Notes under the pieces: generated by a model
What the model saw: the letters and a program-made list of their open reading frames with translations, nothing else
The model's database searches: none
Told to the model about the DNA's origin: nothing
NCBI GenBank assembly: GCA_030390025.1
Contig: JASTWF010000036.1
Span: 3,536,001-3,600,000, forward strand
Source: Squalus acanthias
Lineage: Eukaryota
Reading direction: 5' to 3'
Length of the DNA stretch: 64,000 nt
Part shown: positions 63,831 to 64,000 of the stretch, in pieces
Layout of the letters: each line of letters opens with the position of its first letter
How positions within the stretch are numbered: the first letter of the stretch is position 1
Position numbers and translations under genes: made by a program

Positions 63831-64000
63831 TTATTAAGGGATAGACATGATACTACCACAGGTAATGATAGAGAGATGGTAGAAATATTAAATAATTATT
63901 TTGCTTCAGTATTTACCAGGGAGATAGAACAGGTGGATATGACATTGGATGATGAGATGAGTAATGAGATAAGTACATTTAAATAAAAAGAGGGGCTATA

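Overview
Eukaryotic, repeat-dense vertebrate genomic DNA, almost certainly a cartilaginous fish (shark), judged by its repeat families (DeuSINE/SacSINE1-like, HE1 V-SINE, CR1, L2, Penelope). The only confidently recognisable host coding sequence is the terminal exon of retinol dehydrogenase 5 (RDH5-like SDR9C, 1103-1326, +), with a probable poly(A) signal at 3009. The other ~62 kb is intergenic or intronic: SINEs, CR1, L2 and Zenon-like LINE fragments, Penelope-like elements, 3-bp-TSD (Harbinger-type) MITEs and two multi-kb minisatellites (52.8-55.4 kb, 58.4-61.8 kb) that produce the long spurious ORFs. The most notable structures are: (1) seven minimal hammerhead-ribozyme motifs in Penelope 3' ends, two of them back-to-back in a 96-bp-arm palindrome flanked by a 15-bp direct repeat; (2) a MITE family that keeps promoter motifs, a hairpin with a compensatory change and an equally spaced array of splice donors; (3) a double-tailed, head-to-head L2 insertion; (4) a CR1 subfamily whose duplicated 3' end is A>G/T>C-shifted; (5) a SINE-like head joined to a LINE ORF start; (6) one orphan in-frame exon candidate. 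Repeat family names come from my recollection of published consensus sequences, no searches were run, and repeat boundaries are approximate.
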